Positions 26,295 to 38,984 of a stretch of DNA of 64,000 bases are shown one piece after another. Position numbers and translations under genes: made by a program. Numbering within the stretch: position 1 is the stretch's first letter; each line of letters opens with the position of its first letter. Location of the stretch: NCBI RefSeq assembly GCF_018977255.1, contig NW_024704743.1, positions 81,284,001 to 81,348,000 on the forward strand, given 5' to 3'. The notes below the pieces were generated by a model, which saw only the letters and a list, made by a program, of their open reading frames with translations, searched no databases and was not told the DNA's origin. Origin of the DNA: Callorhinchus milii (lineage: Eukaryota).

Positions 26295-26434
26295 AGAATG
26301 TCCCAAATCCTTTGTTCCTCACTGTCAGCGACGCTTCTGTCGACAGCTTCAGGGTTAGTTGGGAGCATGCTGCAGATGACATCACCTTATACAGATTAGT
26401 GTGGACCCCCTTAAGTGGTGAAGAATCAAAAGAG
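26295..26434 (+). CDS. COL14A1: COL14A1 exon, FN3 first half
   Basis: tttag|AG...GAG|gtaag; ENVPNPLFLTVSDASVDSFRVSWEHAADDITLYRLVWTPLSGEESKE; 140 nt. Confidence 0.93.
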
Positions 26435-27624
26435 GTAAGTCACAAGAAGTGAAAATGGAAAAGTGTTCACAATTTTTATCATGAGGGTCAGCAACACAGC
26501 AACCTCCAATGAAGTTCCTTAATAATGGTTCTATAAATCACCAAAGAGATTTCCTCTGCTAACAAGATGTGAGTCATTATCAACTCGTGGGAACTGCTCT
26601 GACTTGATTTGCCTTTGGAGTGGAGTTCCTATAGGTCAGTGTGACTCATTTCCCATCACACTGACAATATAAAGGCCCTGAGTGCTTTCTAAAGGAAACT
26701 GAAGTAGATTATAGAGTAGCTGTACAATCATTAATGTTTGGTTGTAGTTGAAGTGGAAACTACGGTAAAACCGTAGTATGTACAATAGTTTTAGGGGGTA
26801 TTTAGGTAATTGTTGTATATTCCCCCTGTTCCTTTGTCTGACGGAATGACGCCTGGCCCACAGAGACTGAGCCTGTGTCTGCTTCTAAGACATTACGAAT
26901 GCTCCAGATAACTGGCCAGGAGATGCAAATACCACCCAGATATGACCTTCACATTGAATTCCTTCCCTTTCTGAACGTGTCTCAAATTGGGAACTGATCA
27001 GAAAGAGAGTCACACCTTCTTTGCTTTCCTCTATGTTGATGTACCCTTCAGTTATCAGCAGTTCATTCTACCTCCCAAATGTCCTTCGAATGAGATGTTA
27101 CAGCAAGGTCCCATCTCCCTATGCAGGTGGGTGATAAGATCCCAATAGCACAATTTGAAAAGTGAAGTAAGTTCTCCCAGTGTCATGCTCAACAATCCCC
27201 CAAATGAAATTGGCATTCACTTCATGGCTGCTTTTGGTACAGTGCACAAATTAGTTGCTGGGTTCCCCTATAAATACACAACCCCCACATTTTGTAGCAA
27301 ATCCTGTGAAGCGCTTTGAGACATTTTGACGATGTGATAAGGCGTTATATCAAATGCAAAGGTTATTATTCTATGTTCATGGGTAAGGAATAGTTCTCCT
27401 CCATGATGTTTAAATCTTAACAACAACAGCACCAACCTATATTTTTAAAGTGGCATTTATGCACAAGAACATCACAAGGAGTGTCTAAACTGATAGACAC
27501 TAAGCAAGAATTCGGAGAAATTTGAAAGTGACCAGTAGAAGAGAAGAATGGCAATAGTTAATATATTGTGGGGGAATAAAACATTTGGAAGAATTTACTC
27601 AGTTTCTTTCATTTTATTGTGCAG

Positions 27625-27757
27625 CTGGTTTTGAGTGGAGACATGGATACTATCATTCTTGATGATTTGCTACCAAGTACAGAGTATGAAGTTTCACTCT
27701 CTGGGATTTACAGCGATGAGGTTGAAAGTGCTGCCGTGGCAGTGCTTGCGACCACAT
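27625..27757 (+). CDS. COL14A1: COL14A1 exon, FN3 second half
   Basis: tgcag|CTG...ACAT|gtaag; LVLSGDMDTIILDDLLPSTEYEVSLSGIYSDEVESAAVAVLATT; 133 nt. Confidence 0.94.
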
Positions 27758-27904
27758 GTAAGTTAATAGCCATTTGTAAAGCAAAACTGCTTAATATTCT
27801 TACAATAAGAAATGTTAGCAATACAATTACAGCTTTGGTTGTGTTGCTGTCAACTGCAAGTCTTTTCCGTGGCAACGTATTCAACTGACCGTCAATCAGC
27901 TGCA

Positions 27905-28730
27905 TGTAGGCCTTAACGAATGGATATAGAGTCCTTGGCTTTATATCCAGAGAAATAGAGTATAAAAGTTGAGAGATAAAGTTCTATAAAACCTTGGTTA
28001 GATCACATTTAGAGCATAACATACAGGTCTATTACAGGAGGGATATTGTAGCATTGGAGGGAGCACAATGTAAGTTTACAGGGGCATTGGCATAGTTGAG
28101 CCTGGATGTAATAAAGTCATGTATAAGGGTTTCAGCGGCCTGAGGGGTGAGGCAGTGGTGAAGTTGGGCAATGTTGTAGAGGTGGGGGAAGGCAGAGCGG
28201 ATCATGGCACGTATGTGGGGGAGAAAGGATAGTTGAGGGACGAACAAGACGCCTAGGTTCCTGACTGGCTTGGTGAGGTGGAGTGTGCATCCTTGGGTGC
28301 TGATGTTGTCAGTGGCTGAGGTGCGGAGGCACGGGGCCGAGCCAATCAGGAAAGCCTCGGTCTTGCTGACGGTTAACTGTAGAAAGTTAGCTGTCATCCA
28401 GGACTTGTTATCTGACAGGATTGGGAGGGTGGAAGAGGCTGAACTGATCCCCTCGATTTATGTCTTGAGGAAATCGAGCATTTCCTCACAGTTGGACGAG
28501 AGGATGGGCCACCTTGTCTCAGAAGGTAATTAAGGTAATCTCGTGTGAGAGGGTGGACGGAGGAGCTGGTTGGTAGTGGGTAGTTTTAAGAGAAAACTTG
28601 ATGCATACACGAGGGAGAAGGGAATAGAGGGTTATAGGAGAATGGATTAAGAAGGGTGAGTGGTGACTCGTGAGTTTCAACACTGATTCGGACTGTTTCT
28701 GGCCCATATCAATCTATGTAATTCTGTTCA
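27905..28730 (+). mobile_element. Degenerate CR1 3' fragment interrupted by an internal L2 fragment (28081-28417, -)
   Basis: tataaaaccttggttagatcacatttagag (YKTLVRSHLE). The minus ORF 28032-28397 gives NFLQLTVSKTEAFLIG..RNLGV..FITSRLNY. Confidence 0.7.
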
Positions 28731-29698
28731 ATGTCAATCTATCTTTCCCTTTTAAGTTGGGTCAGATGGGACACAAGTGATACAGAATAAGTCTGATGAT
28801 CATGGAAAATGCCTGCTGCCCAGACTGTGTTTGGACAATTTGTTTTGTTTAGGTAGTTAAGAGTGAAGGGGTTGACTGATGGCATTATGGGACAGTGTGT
28901 TGCCTATCTGTGGCTTGTGCCTCAGTGCCTTAGGATGTTATACAAGATTGCACAAACCACAGCAGGGGTTTACCAAACTTGAGCATGCCACCAGGAATGC
29001 TCTGAATGGAGTTCCATCCATTAGCCCTGATGGAGGGAATAAAAATTGCTGTATGATCCATTCTCGTGTGCAGTGAAAACTCAATTATTCATACCTCCAT
29101 TGTCCACTAATCCCTCAGCTTTCCCCCCTTCTTGCCTGACCAGATCACAACTGAAGACTTTCCCAGCTTGGTGTCAAACTAGGCATTGTTCAGCTCTCTG
29201 AGATGCTACCTCACGTGAAGGCTACTACATAAGTGCAAGTTGTGGATGTTGAAACTGGACAGTTCATTCATTTCCCCAACGCCAGCCCTCATCCCTGACC
29301 ACTTCCTGCCATTTCAGCAGATAACAAGTTTGCACTCACCTCTTAATTACCTTCTGAGACAAGGTGGCCTATATATCTGCTTAGCCAGTCAGTGGGTACG
29401 TACTCTTTGAGAGACCTAAAGTCAGTGGAGGGGAAAATCAAATGTAAAAATGCAGAGTGGGGAAGTTTGAGACTGAGGGAATGGTTTCTATGTGTGAATT
29501 GAATTAAATTTATATTACACATTTATTTGTCCATTTAAGATATAAAATGTGCAGAAATATGTTTAGTAAAATAAACTGTGATAAACAGGTGGGATAATGC
29601 TGAAGAGTTATGGTAAAATTAACATTGCTCTTGAGTTTTCCTAGAGATGACTCGATTTAGATAAAAATCCTAACTTCGACTTTTATCCTAAATTGTAG

Positions 29699-29767
29699 TT
29701 GAGGAGACAACCACAATCACCATCACCACAATTATGCCAGCAACCACTCGGATACCTACAACAGCAG
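29699..29767 (+). CDS. COL14A1: COL14A1 exon, Thr-rich linker
   Basis: tgtag|TT...GCAG|gtgtg; FEETTTITITTIMPATTRIPTTA; 69 nt, phase 1-1; positionally equivalent to the Thr-rich linker of human COL14A1. Confidence 0.8.
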
Positions 29768-31171
29768 GTGTGTGACGTTTAATAAGGTTCTTGTTTGACA
29801 AATCAGTTAATAAAACTGGGATTCAGCGTTGTGAGTTGAAGAGATCAAATAGGAAACTCAGGTAGATACAAGCGCTGGACCAATGGTCTACTTCTATCTG
29901 AAATACCATGGAGCCCTGTTATTATACATTCCATAAAATTACAGCCTGCGTTGTAGTGAGGTGCGATAGCGGATTTGACTGCATGTGTGCGCGCTCTGTC
30001 TGGTTTGGGGCTAAAAGAAAAAACTTGCCTAACTTTTGGCCAAAGGGTCACCCCAACATCACTTCCTCTTTGCTGCATATTCTGTGAACAGGAGGAGACC
30101 ATTCAGCACATGAGCTTTTTTTGCCAGTTTATTGGATCTTTTCAAATCGTTCAATCCCATTTCCTCAGTGCTCCGAGATGCTACCCTGTCTGAAGGGCTC
30201 TCTGTAAATGCAAGTTGTTGTTGATACTGTTACTTCCCGAGCATCTGTCTACTAAATTCAAGGATTGTCCTTTTTAACATGCCAAGTGACTTTGCCTGGA
30301 CGTTCTCTGGGGCAATGGATTCTTATCTCCTGCTTTTTCTTATATACTTGAAGTTCCAGGGCTCCTAACCTGCAATTTTGGAGTGTGCGCAACTTCCTGA
30401 CTGTCAGCTTGGAATGGCAGGCATGTGAATCCGTGTTATTTAGTGCAGATGATCTTCCCTTTCTGCATTCATCTGGATATCCTTAGTCAAAGTTTGACAG
30501 GCTGCATTGATAACAGGGATAAAGTTGACAGATCTGACAGAGCATGATCACAGAGTAGTAGGCAGACTTAATCCAGCCACAGGTCAACTGATCACTAAAC
30601 CTCTTCATGGTTCATGAAGCCACTGTGGATGGAGTCATACAGAAGATCTGACATGTCTGTGATCTGATTTACAACCACTTCATTCCACATTGGTTGGATC
30701 TTTGTAACTACTCTTAAGTCTAAACACAGCTGTTGAAACAGGCAGTAATTGAGAGAGATCAATGACTCGCTACGATTGGAGATTGGAGGTGATGACTGAC
30801 CACTTTTTGATGTCTTCCTCCGGCATCTCTGCAGGTTGAGCTAGTGGAGCCAACTCACAGAACAGAAGCTGCTTTTTGTTTTTGGTCCATTACTTCACGA
30901 TCTGTTCAGGCTATTTTAAACTTGACGGATGTCGGCATTCGTCTCAAATTCATATATCCATTCATAAACATGTTAACTGACCTCATCACAAATGTTTGCG
31001 GTGTAGAAGTGCAAGCAGTGAAAGGATTATTGGTGATATTTGTAAAATCGATCATTATTTTTGCTCCTGGCTGAATTCCTGAAGTATAATGCAAAAAAAA
31101 ATAATCTTATTTATTAAAAAAAAGCCTCCAATGTAGCCAGATAGTATTTGATTGCTTTGATTTTTCTTCAG

Positions 31172-31314
31172 TTGTTCGATCTGGAATAAGAAACCTAGCT
31201 GTGAATGATGAAACACCATTTAGCCTGCAAATATCATGGAACCACGTAGACAACCATGTTCAGCAGTACAGAGTATCCTATGTGACCACGAGAGGTGACC
31301 GAGCCGAAGAAGCG
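31172..31314 (+). CDS. COL14A1: COL14A1 exon, FN3 first half
   Basis: ttcag|TT...GCG|gtaag; VVRSGIRNLAVNDETPFSLQISWNHVDNHVQQYRVSYVTTRGDRAEEA; 143 nt. Confidence 0.94.
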
Positions 31315-32523
31315 GTAAGCATGGTCTGTACACGTTCTGATGCGTTTTTATTAGACATGGACTGTGGGGATGGACAGCCTTCTTACTAATACCAGGCTGA
31401 GTCAAAGGTAAAATAGCACAGAAAACTGCCAATGACGGTCATTATTCAATATTAAATGAGATGCCATCTACTCTTTTGACTTACCAGCACCACATACCAC
31501 TTCATCAAAAAAAAGTCATCAAAATAGCTGCACACATCACCATCTCAAAAACGCTACAATTATTATCTCAGCTGAGAATTTGCAAAGTGTGCTCATTGCG
31601 ACTATTTATATTTATAGGGGAGACCAATTCTTCATGCCTGAGATCTACTAAACTGCTAATAACTTTGTCAAATCACATTTTACCTTCACCAATGTGCACA
31701 CACATTTTCCAAGCTCCAATATGAAATGACTGATTCCAAATGAATCAATACATGATGGGGATAATTTTTATGTCAGATTTCAACCAATACATTTTAAATC
31801 CATAACAACTCATGTGTTCAGGTATATGTTGGTACTTGGATCCTCTCGTTGTTTAAACATGGCAGATACAGTGGGTGTTGCATTAAAGTACATTGGACCA
31901 TATTCTGAGATCAGCCTGAAATTAATTCTCTATTGTAAGTAATAGAGGAATTACAACGAGAACGGGTGAATTTTGGTGAATTTTGGTGGCTATGAAGATG
32001 ATCCTATAGTAAAGGACATAGTATCTTACCTAGTGGCTTACAAAGATTTTACCTGTCTGGTAAGAACTTTGGACATGATGCTGTCTCTTGAAGCATAGAA
32101 CTCTGGAGTGAACATATGATGAGAACAGACACATGTGCTTTGAAGAAATGGGATCATCTATTACATACAGTGTTTGGCTCACTTGCCTCATCTGCTATGT
32201 TTATAGTGGTAGTTCAGAGCAATTTAAAAATATTACCGATGCTAGAGTTTTCAGCTTTAATTCTTGATCAGTTCTTGAAATCATTAATGATGGCTTGTTT
32301 TACAAAAACGCCCACTCAGTTCAGCTGGCTCACTGATATGTAATAAATCTGATCATGCAGATTCGTGGGATTGCGTTTAATGCAACTGGTCCAATATCAT
32401 TTGCTGCAATGAGGACAATAGCTTTGTTTGTACACAGCTATGAAACATTTAGATTATGTTTTTCAGTTGAACACGTAGATTGTAGGTGGTCTGCAAATTT
32501 AAAACAGCAAAATAATAGAATAT

Positions 32524-32991
32524 AATAATAATAATCCTTGCATTTGATATAGCGCTTTTCACGTCTTCTCGATGTCTCAAAGCGCTTCACAGAATAGACT
32601 GTAAAGTGAATTGACCGTATATTTGTGGGCGAAATAAAATAATTGAGGTTAAGCTCTCATTTTTTATTTTCTATTCGCCTTGCTGTCATCAGAATTTTTG
32701 CTCCACGTAAAGTAAACTCTTTTTCCAATTGAAATACGCCTCGATTCTGATATGAGGACCCGTCTGCCTGTTCAGGTGGACAATTATAATCCCTCAAGAA
32801 AAAACAACAATAATAAATTGGTCACTTCAATCCACGACTGTTTGTGGGACACTGCTGTGCGCAATTTGGCTGCCGCATTTCGCCTAAAATATACAGTCAA
32901 GTCACTTTACAGTATATTCTGTGAAGCGTTTTGAGACGTCTCGAAGACGTGAAAAGCGCTATATCAAATGCAAGGATTATTATTGTTATTA
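32524..32991. mobile_element. Two partial SINE copies in inverted orientation (32524-32634 -, 32800-32991 +)
   Basis: Both match the 3' half of the SINE at 52865. Confidence 0.85.
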
Positions 32992-33512
32992 ATAAAGATC
33001 TCAGAGTGAAAGAGAAGCGAGTTTCTCCTGGAATCTTGGCCAAAAATCACTCAGATAAAAATTAGTTATTCACTTCATGGCTCTTTGGGGCACATTTTTA
33101 TACCTATTTGCTGCTGTGTTCAACTACAAATTTACGGTTACTACATTTTACAGTACTATTTCTGAATCTCTATGAAACGTTTTGACGTGATAAAACACTG
33201 GAGCAAATGTAAGAATTGTTATTATTTTACTAAATGAACCAAAATTAAGCTGTGTGCAAACCAGGCTAATAGAGGAATTTTTGTGTCAAATCAATTCTCT
33301 ATTCTGTCATCTTAACACCAATGGACTTTTAACTTGCATATTGATGTATGTATATGCTGTAATATTCAAATGCACTTTAAGCCTAAATGGTTGATACCTT
33401 TTATTGACAGTAAACAAATTAGCACAATATACTTCATTAGCTGTGCAACACTGAGTTCGAAGCTGCTGTATTACATAGCATGCAGTATTTGCTGATCATC
33501 CCTTTTACTCAG

Positions 33513-33642
33513 GTCATGGTTCCTGGCAAGCAGAATAGCCTCCTCCTCCAGCCTCTGCTCTCAGACACAGCGTACAGAATTACTGTTGCCCCTGTCTATA
33601 CTGATGGAGAAGGAAGCACACTCTCTGTTAACGGCAAGACGT
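33513..33642 (+). CDS. COL14A1: COL14A1 exon, FN3 second half
   Basis: ctcag|GTC...ACGT|gtaag; [43 protein letters not shown]; 130 nt. Confidence 0.95.
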
Positions 33643-33877
33643 GTAAGTAAAATATCTTTTTGTGAGGGTTAGGATATTTAGAGTTGTTGCAATAATTGCT
33701 CTGTGATCTTATGGTATCGTATAAAATCAATTGTTTTTAAATTGTTTTTGCAGTTGTAATTAATGATGCAAAGCTTAAATACCTTTTGGGATAAGCACTA
33801 ATAAACTGAATTCTAGGTGCCTTACAAATGGATTTTACACCGAGTAAATTATATCTGTACCATTTGGTGTTGAACCT

Positions 33878-34235
33878 GTCACTCTGTAGCTTTAGTGGTT
33901 AGAGCACTCGCCTCGCAAGTGAGAGGACCTGGGTTTGATTCACGGGCAGGACGAAATGTTGGGCAAGTTTCCTTACTCCACCCACCTCTCTTTAACAAGC
34001 AGTAAGTAGGAACTGGTTGTTAGTCGATTGGCAGATCGCTTTTCCAGGGGTAATAATTCCTTCAAAATTTTAAAACAAAAAAATTTGGTGATGTAATCCA
34101 CGACTGTTTGTGGGTCACTGTTGTGTGCAATTGGCTGCCATGTTTCGCTCACAAAGTATACAGTCAATTCACTTTATAGTATATTCTGTGAAGCTCTTTG
34201 AGACATCTCGTCAAATGCAAGGATTATTATTATTA
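33878..34235 (+). mobile_element. tRNA-derived SINE, long variant
   Basis: A box tagctttagtgg, B box gggtttgattc, extra ~60-nt central block, (ATT)n tail. Confidence 0.85.
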
Positions 34236-34409
34236 ACAATTAAAGCAAATTCAGACAGTGAACGTTATGGTTCAATTTCAAGAGGTCAATAATATTATTT
34301 TGTTAGCAATCCTGTGAGATAAAATTGGGGGTGGGGGGCATAAATTTCATTCAATGTTAACACTTAGCGCATTTGGCGATACACAGCTATAATGAAAAAT
34401 CCCCATAAG

Positions 34410-34718
34410 TGCTCCGGCCTGCTTCATGTTCTCCGCTTCGCCCGCCCCACCATTGGCGGGCGGGCCTTCTGCCCTCTGACCCCACCCTCTGGAACTCCAT
34501 TCCCGCCCTCCGTCCCGCCCCCTCCCTTGCCTCCTTCAAGACCCGTCTCAAGACCCTTCTCTTCGACCGTGCCTTCGGGCATCCTCTCTCCCCTGCCCCC
34601 CACCCTCCCCGATGCCGACCCCCGAGCTTGAGTCCAAAACACTTATTGTCCAGGGGCTTGGGACGTCCTCCCGACGTGAAAGGTGCTGTACAAATGTAAT
34701 TTTTTGTTGTTGTTGTTA
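34410..34718 (+). mobile_element. L2 3' fragment
   Basis: RPTIGGRAF..LWNSIP..SLASFKTRLKTLLF, hairpin and (GTT)n tail. Confidence 0.85.
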
Positions 34719-34946
34719 TGCTGAATGGAACTTTTACCCACATGAATGGTTCATTGTACCATAATGAATGCCAAAACACAGTTCATTCTAAACTGTCGTT
34801 TACTTTCACACCATGAAAGATGGCAGGAAAAAGGTGAGCTGTGATACAAAACAGACATACATCTGGAATTAAGCTAGTGTTAGTCTCTACCTATTCATTT
34901 TTATGGTATATTTCACCATTAGTCATTTTTACCTTTTTTGTTGCAG

Positions 34947-35069
34947 TGGCACTTTCAGGACCAAGGAACCTGCGGGTCTCAGAGGAATGGTATAATCGCT
35001 TCCGAATTAAATGGGACCCTCCACCATCAGCGACCATGGGCTACAGAGTGGTGTACCAGCCTGTCTCTG
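34947..35069 (+). CDS. COL14A1: COL14A1 exon, FN3 first half
   Basis: tgcag|TG...TCTG|gtatg; [41 protein letters not shown]; 123 nt, phase 1-1. Confidence 0.95.
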
Positions 35070-35249
35070 GTATGTTTCCCCTTAATACGTGTACAAAGTT
35101 GTATTTCTTTGAAGTTCCAGGAAACTGATTTGACTCAGAATGAATAAGTGATGAGATGAAAATTATTCAAGGAATCATTTGGGTTGTTGGATGGGTAGGC
35201 TAGGTGGACTAATGGTTTACTCCTGCCTGAAGTTCTTGCTGCTTTAGAA

Positions 35250-35368
35250 AGTGATTTACAGTCATCTGGAATTAATTTGTAATGTACAATATCAGTGATT
35301 TACAGTGAACTGGAGGTCACTTGTGATGTACAATGTGAGTTATTTACAGTGAACTGGAGATCATATGG
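35250..35368. repeat. 44-bp minisatellite, about 2.7 copies
   Basis: Units start at 35250, 35294 and 35338 with agt(g/t)atttacagt..ctgga. Confidence 0.8.
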
Positions 35369-36142
35369 GAATGTGTTGACGTCATTGTGTAAGTAATATG
35401 ATGCTGTCATTCTTTGGCAAATGCGTGAAGCATCATTAGAAATTAATCTCTAAAACCCAGACTACTGCAATGGAACCCCAGAGAAGGGCAAGTGCAAAGA
35501 CATCTGATATTTAGGTTCATCTCCCATCTCATCTAAAGATATTTGGGTAAGCGGAAATTACACCATACATTTCTGATGATATGCTGTGCATGTACAAAAG
35601 CCTTGCCTCATAATGATACCTGCAGGCTGCTGCAAAGACACTTGCACATGTGGAGGATGTCAATTGCTGCAAGTGTAGTACAGAAGTCAGAGGCAATGGT
35701 AAAACAGTGGTGGCTTGGAACACCTCTAGTTTGGTTCTGTAATTTGAGTTTCCACAGCCTTAAAATTAAGAGTGTTGTTGGGAATGTCTTAAAGTGTGTA
35801 TTATACAGGGACTAGAAGGCCTCAAATTAGCACAGTTAGCAAACGAGCAACAGGAACTTAAACAGTATTGGGACAAGACAAATAAATATTAGTACAATGT
35901 CCTTCAGATTCCTCATGGATTTCTATTGCGTTCATAAGTTTCAGAATTTTCTCTTGCGCCTATGACCTCCTGAAAGCTTTCTTTCTGTCTTCAGTGGGTT
36001 CAGCCACTCGGAAGTTGCTGGCACACTTGCACTGACCCTGGTTCCATTTATTAACCAACACGAAAGGGGAATTGGTCTGGAATGGAGTGATCCACAACTG
36101 GGAACTTGCTGATCAGAAAGTGTAAATACCAACCAATGAGTT

Positions 36143-36320
36143 AATAGTAATAATAATCCTTGCATTTGATATAGCACCTTATCACATCTTCGAGATGTCT
36201 CAAAGTGCTTCACAGATTATATTGTAAAGTGTCGTGACTGTATTTTGTGGGCGAAACACGGCAGCCAATTGCGCACAGCAGTGTCCCACAAACAGTCGTG
36301 GATTGAGTGACCAAATTATT
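36143..36320 (-). mobile_element. SINE 3' half
   Basis: Reverse complement of the 52865 SINE body and tail. Confidence 0.85.
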
Positions 36321-36548
36321 TTTTTTTTTCTTTTTTGCGCCTCTCTCTCTCTCTGGAGAGACGCATCCTGCTTACCTAATTCCAGAAAGTATTAGGCGCA
36401 GGTTAACATCCATATCAATAATTCCCTCCTAAAGCAAATCTTAGACCTTAAACCTGACATGACCCGAAAATTAGATATTCACAGATTTTAATGTCTCAGA
36501 AGAAGAACATTTAATCTGTCTGATTCTCTGGATTTCTTTTTATTTCAG

Positions 36549-36698
36549 TACCAGGACCAGCTCTGGAGACCTTTGTAGGAGACGACGTAAATACAATGCT
36601 GATTCTCAACTTGATGAGCAGCACAGAATACAGTGTCAAGGTGTTTGCAACATACTCAACTGGTTTCAGTGATGCACTTACAGGAAAAGCCAAGACAT
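36549..36698 (+). CDS. COL14A1: COL14A1 exon, FN3 second half
   Basis: ttcag|TA...ACAT|gtaag; [50 protein letters not shown]; 150 nt. Confidence 0.95.
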
Positions 36699-36946
36699 GT
36701 AAGGCATCTTTTCTGTCTGAATTCATAACGTCTCTTTATAAGATAAAATCTGGAAGCTTTGCTTTAGATGATTAAAGCATCTCGCAGTATTAGTGTAAGA
36801 TTTTCTTTTTAAACGTATCAAAGATAAATATTAATATTTATAAACTGAGTGATACATCCCACTTTCCATTGCTGTAAACAGTTTATTGTGTTAATCTATT
36901 GCTGGCTCCTTTGGCATCGTAACACAATACTTGTTCTTTTATTTAG

Positions 36947-37063
36947 TATACCTCGGCGTGACAAATCTCACTCCATATGAAGTGCGAATGACGAGCATGT
37001 GTGCACAGTGGAAGGTGCACAGACATGCTACTGCCAACAGAGTGATTATTGAATCTCTTAGAG
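36947..37063 (+). CDS. COL14A1: COL14A1 exon, last FN3 first half
   Basis: tttag|TA...AGAG|gtaag; [39 protein letters not shown]; 117 nt. Confidence 0.95.
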
Positions 37064-37689
37064 GTAAGCCAAAGAGGAAAAATCAATTGACTGGATATTG
37101 TACAGAGTGCACAACATGGAGAATTTTAGATTATATCTCTAGAATTTGTTTTGAGTGACAAGAATGCGTAAAAATCCCACCACATCAATTAACCCTTTCA
37201 TTGTTTTATACAGCAAAGTAGGGTAATTGCTGAGGTGAATACAGAATCAATACAACAAACATGCAAAGGCTACTCTTGTGTACTGGATCCTCAGTGTTGA
37301 TAAGGCACTCATTGTTGATCACTGAACTGTTCTTGACCAAACTATGCTACTCAATATCTGCTACTCTCTTTCTGACTTTTTCTCTTTCCATCTCTGACAA
37401 TCTTACTCTCTCTCATAGGTTCTCTTGTAGTCTCTCTTGCTCTCTATTCTATATGTCTGTCTCTCTGAATTTTGCTGTCTAATGTGCCAAGTAATATTAC
37501 ATTAACGTAGACCAGGATATTTTGAAATGATCAGTGTATTGATTTTTACATTACTTAATGTTCAACTCATGAGAAAGTGGTCAAACACTGCGTGGGCTGC
37601 AGCATTTCAATGACATAAAGCAATAATTCTGCTCTTCATAGGGTAATGTTTGCATTGAGTTTTATCCATAGTACATTGATGTGTTTCTG

Positions 37690-38742
37690 CGCTTGTAAAA
37701 GTCACAAATGACATCCTCTCTATCTGTGACCAGGGCTCCCTCTGCCGCCTTGTCCTCCTGGACCTCTCCGCCGCGTTCGACACAGTCGATCACGCCATCC
37801 TCCTCCACCTCCTTTCCTCCGTCATAACAACAACATCCACCTTAGTGGGACCGCACTTGCCTGGTTCGAGTCCTACCTCACAAACCGCCAGCAGTACATC
37901 TGCACAAACGGCTTCTCCTTCCGCTCTCACCCGGTTACCAGCGGGGTACCCCAAGGATCTATCCTTAGCCCCCTCCTCTTTCTGATCTACATGCTCCCTC
38001 TTGGGGATGTCATCCGCAGACATGGGGTATATTTCTGCATGTATGCAGATGATACCCAACTCTATTTTTCCACCTCTCTTTGCGACCCCCCAGTCCCCTG
38101 ATGTTCTGTCAGCCTGCCTGTCAGACCTCAGGGGCTGGATGAGCGCAATTTCCTTCAGCTGAACGTTGACAAGACGGAAGCCATACTCTTTGGCTCTCGT
38201 CAATGTCTAAAATCTCACGGTTCTCACCTCCACCTATCCGACCTCCCCCTTAAACTCTCTGAACCTGTACCCCCTCTACTACCATCCATAAAATCCAGAT
38301 TATTCAAAACTCTGCCACCCGCATTCTCATCCACACCGAACTCCGCTCCCAGTCCTTGTCAGACTGCACTGGCTCCCTGTCCCAGAGAGGGTCGATTTCA
38401 AGATCCTCACCCTTGTCTTCAAATCCCTCCACTCCTCTGCACTCCCTACCTCTCTGACCTCTCTCCTCACAACAGTGCCCGTTGCCTTCATTCCTCCGGG
38501 TTTGGCCTCCTTTGTCCCCCGAGTCCTCCGCTCCACACTCTGGGACTCCCTTCCTCACTCCCTTCATCTTGCTCCTTCCCTTCCTATTTTCAGGTCTCTA
38601 CTGAAGACCTATCTTTTCGACTGTGCCTTTGGTCACCTTTCTCCCCCTCCCCCTGGCTCAGCCCAGGGATCCATTACTGTGAAGCACTCTGAGACACCGT
38701 CCGGCGTGGAGGGTGCTATATAAATCCTTGTTGTTGTTGTGT
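37690..38742 (+). mobile_element. L2 fragment including degenerate RT core
   Basis: KVTNDIL..LVLLDLSAAFDTVDHAILL..GVPQGSILSPLLFLIYMLPLGDVIRRHG..YADDTQLYF, internal deletion, variant-B tail. Confidence 0.9.
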
Positions 38743-38984
38743 GGTTTGTATAGTGGCACAAGGCAATGATCAACAACTTAGAAACACTTTTGGTAATGAC
38801 AATAAAAGGGCTAATGTTTGTTTAGAATTACAGTCAAGTGATGATTATCCACATTAATTAGGACCGACACATTGTGGATGAGGACACCGTGCAGGCAATT
38901 GGTCATCACACAAATTACAAATTGTCTATAGTGCTAACTAAAACATTATTCCATCAGGAGTTATACTGTCACTATAGTACTGTG

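Noticed and set aside
35250..35368. CRISPR-like array
   Set aside because: Contiguous 44-bp tandem units without unique spacers, in vertebrate DNA.
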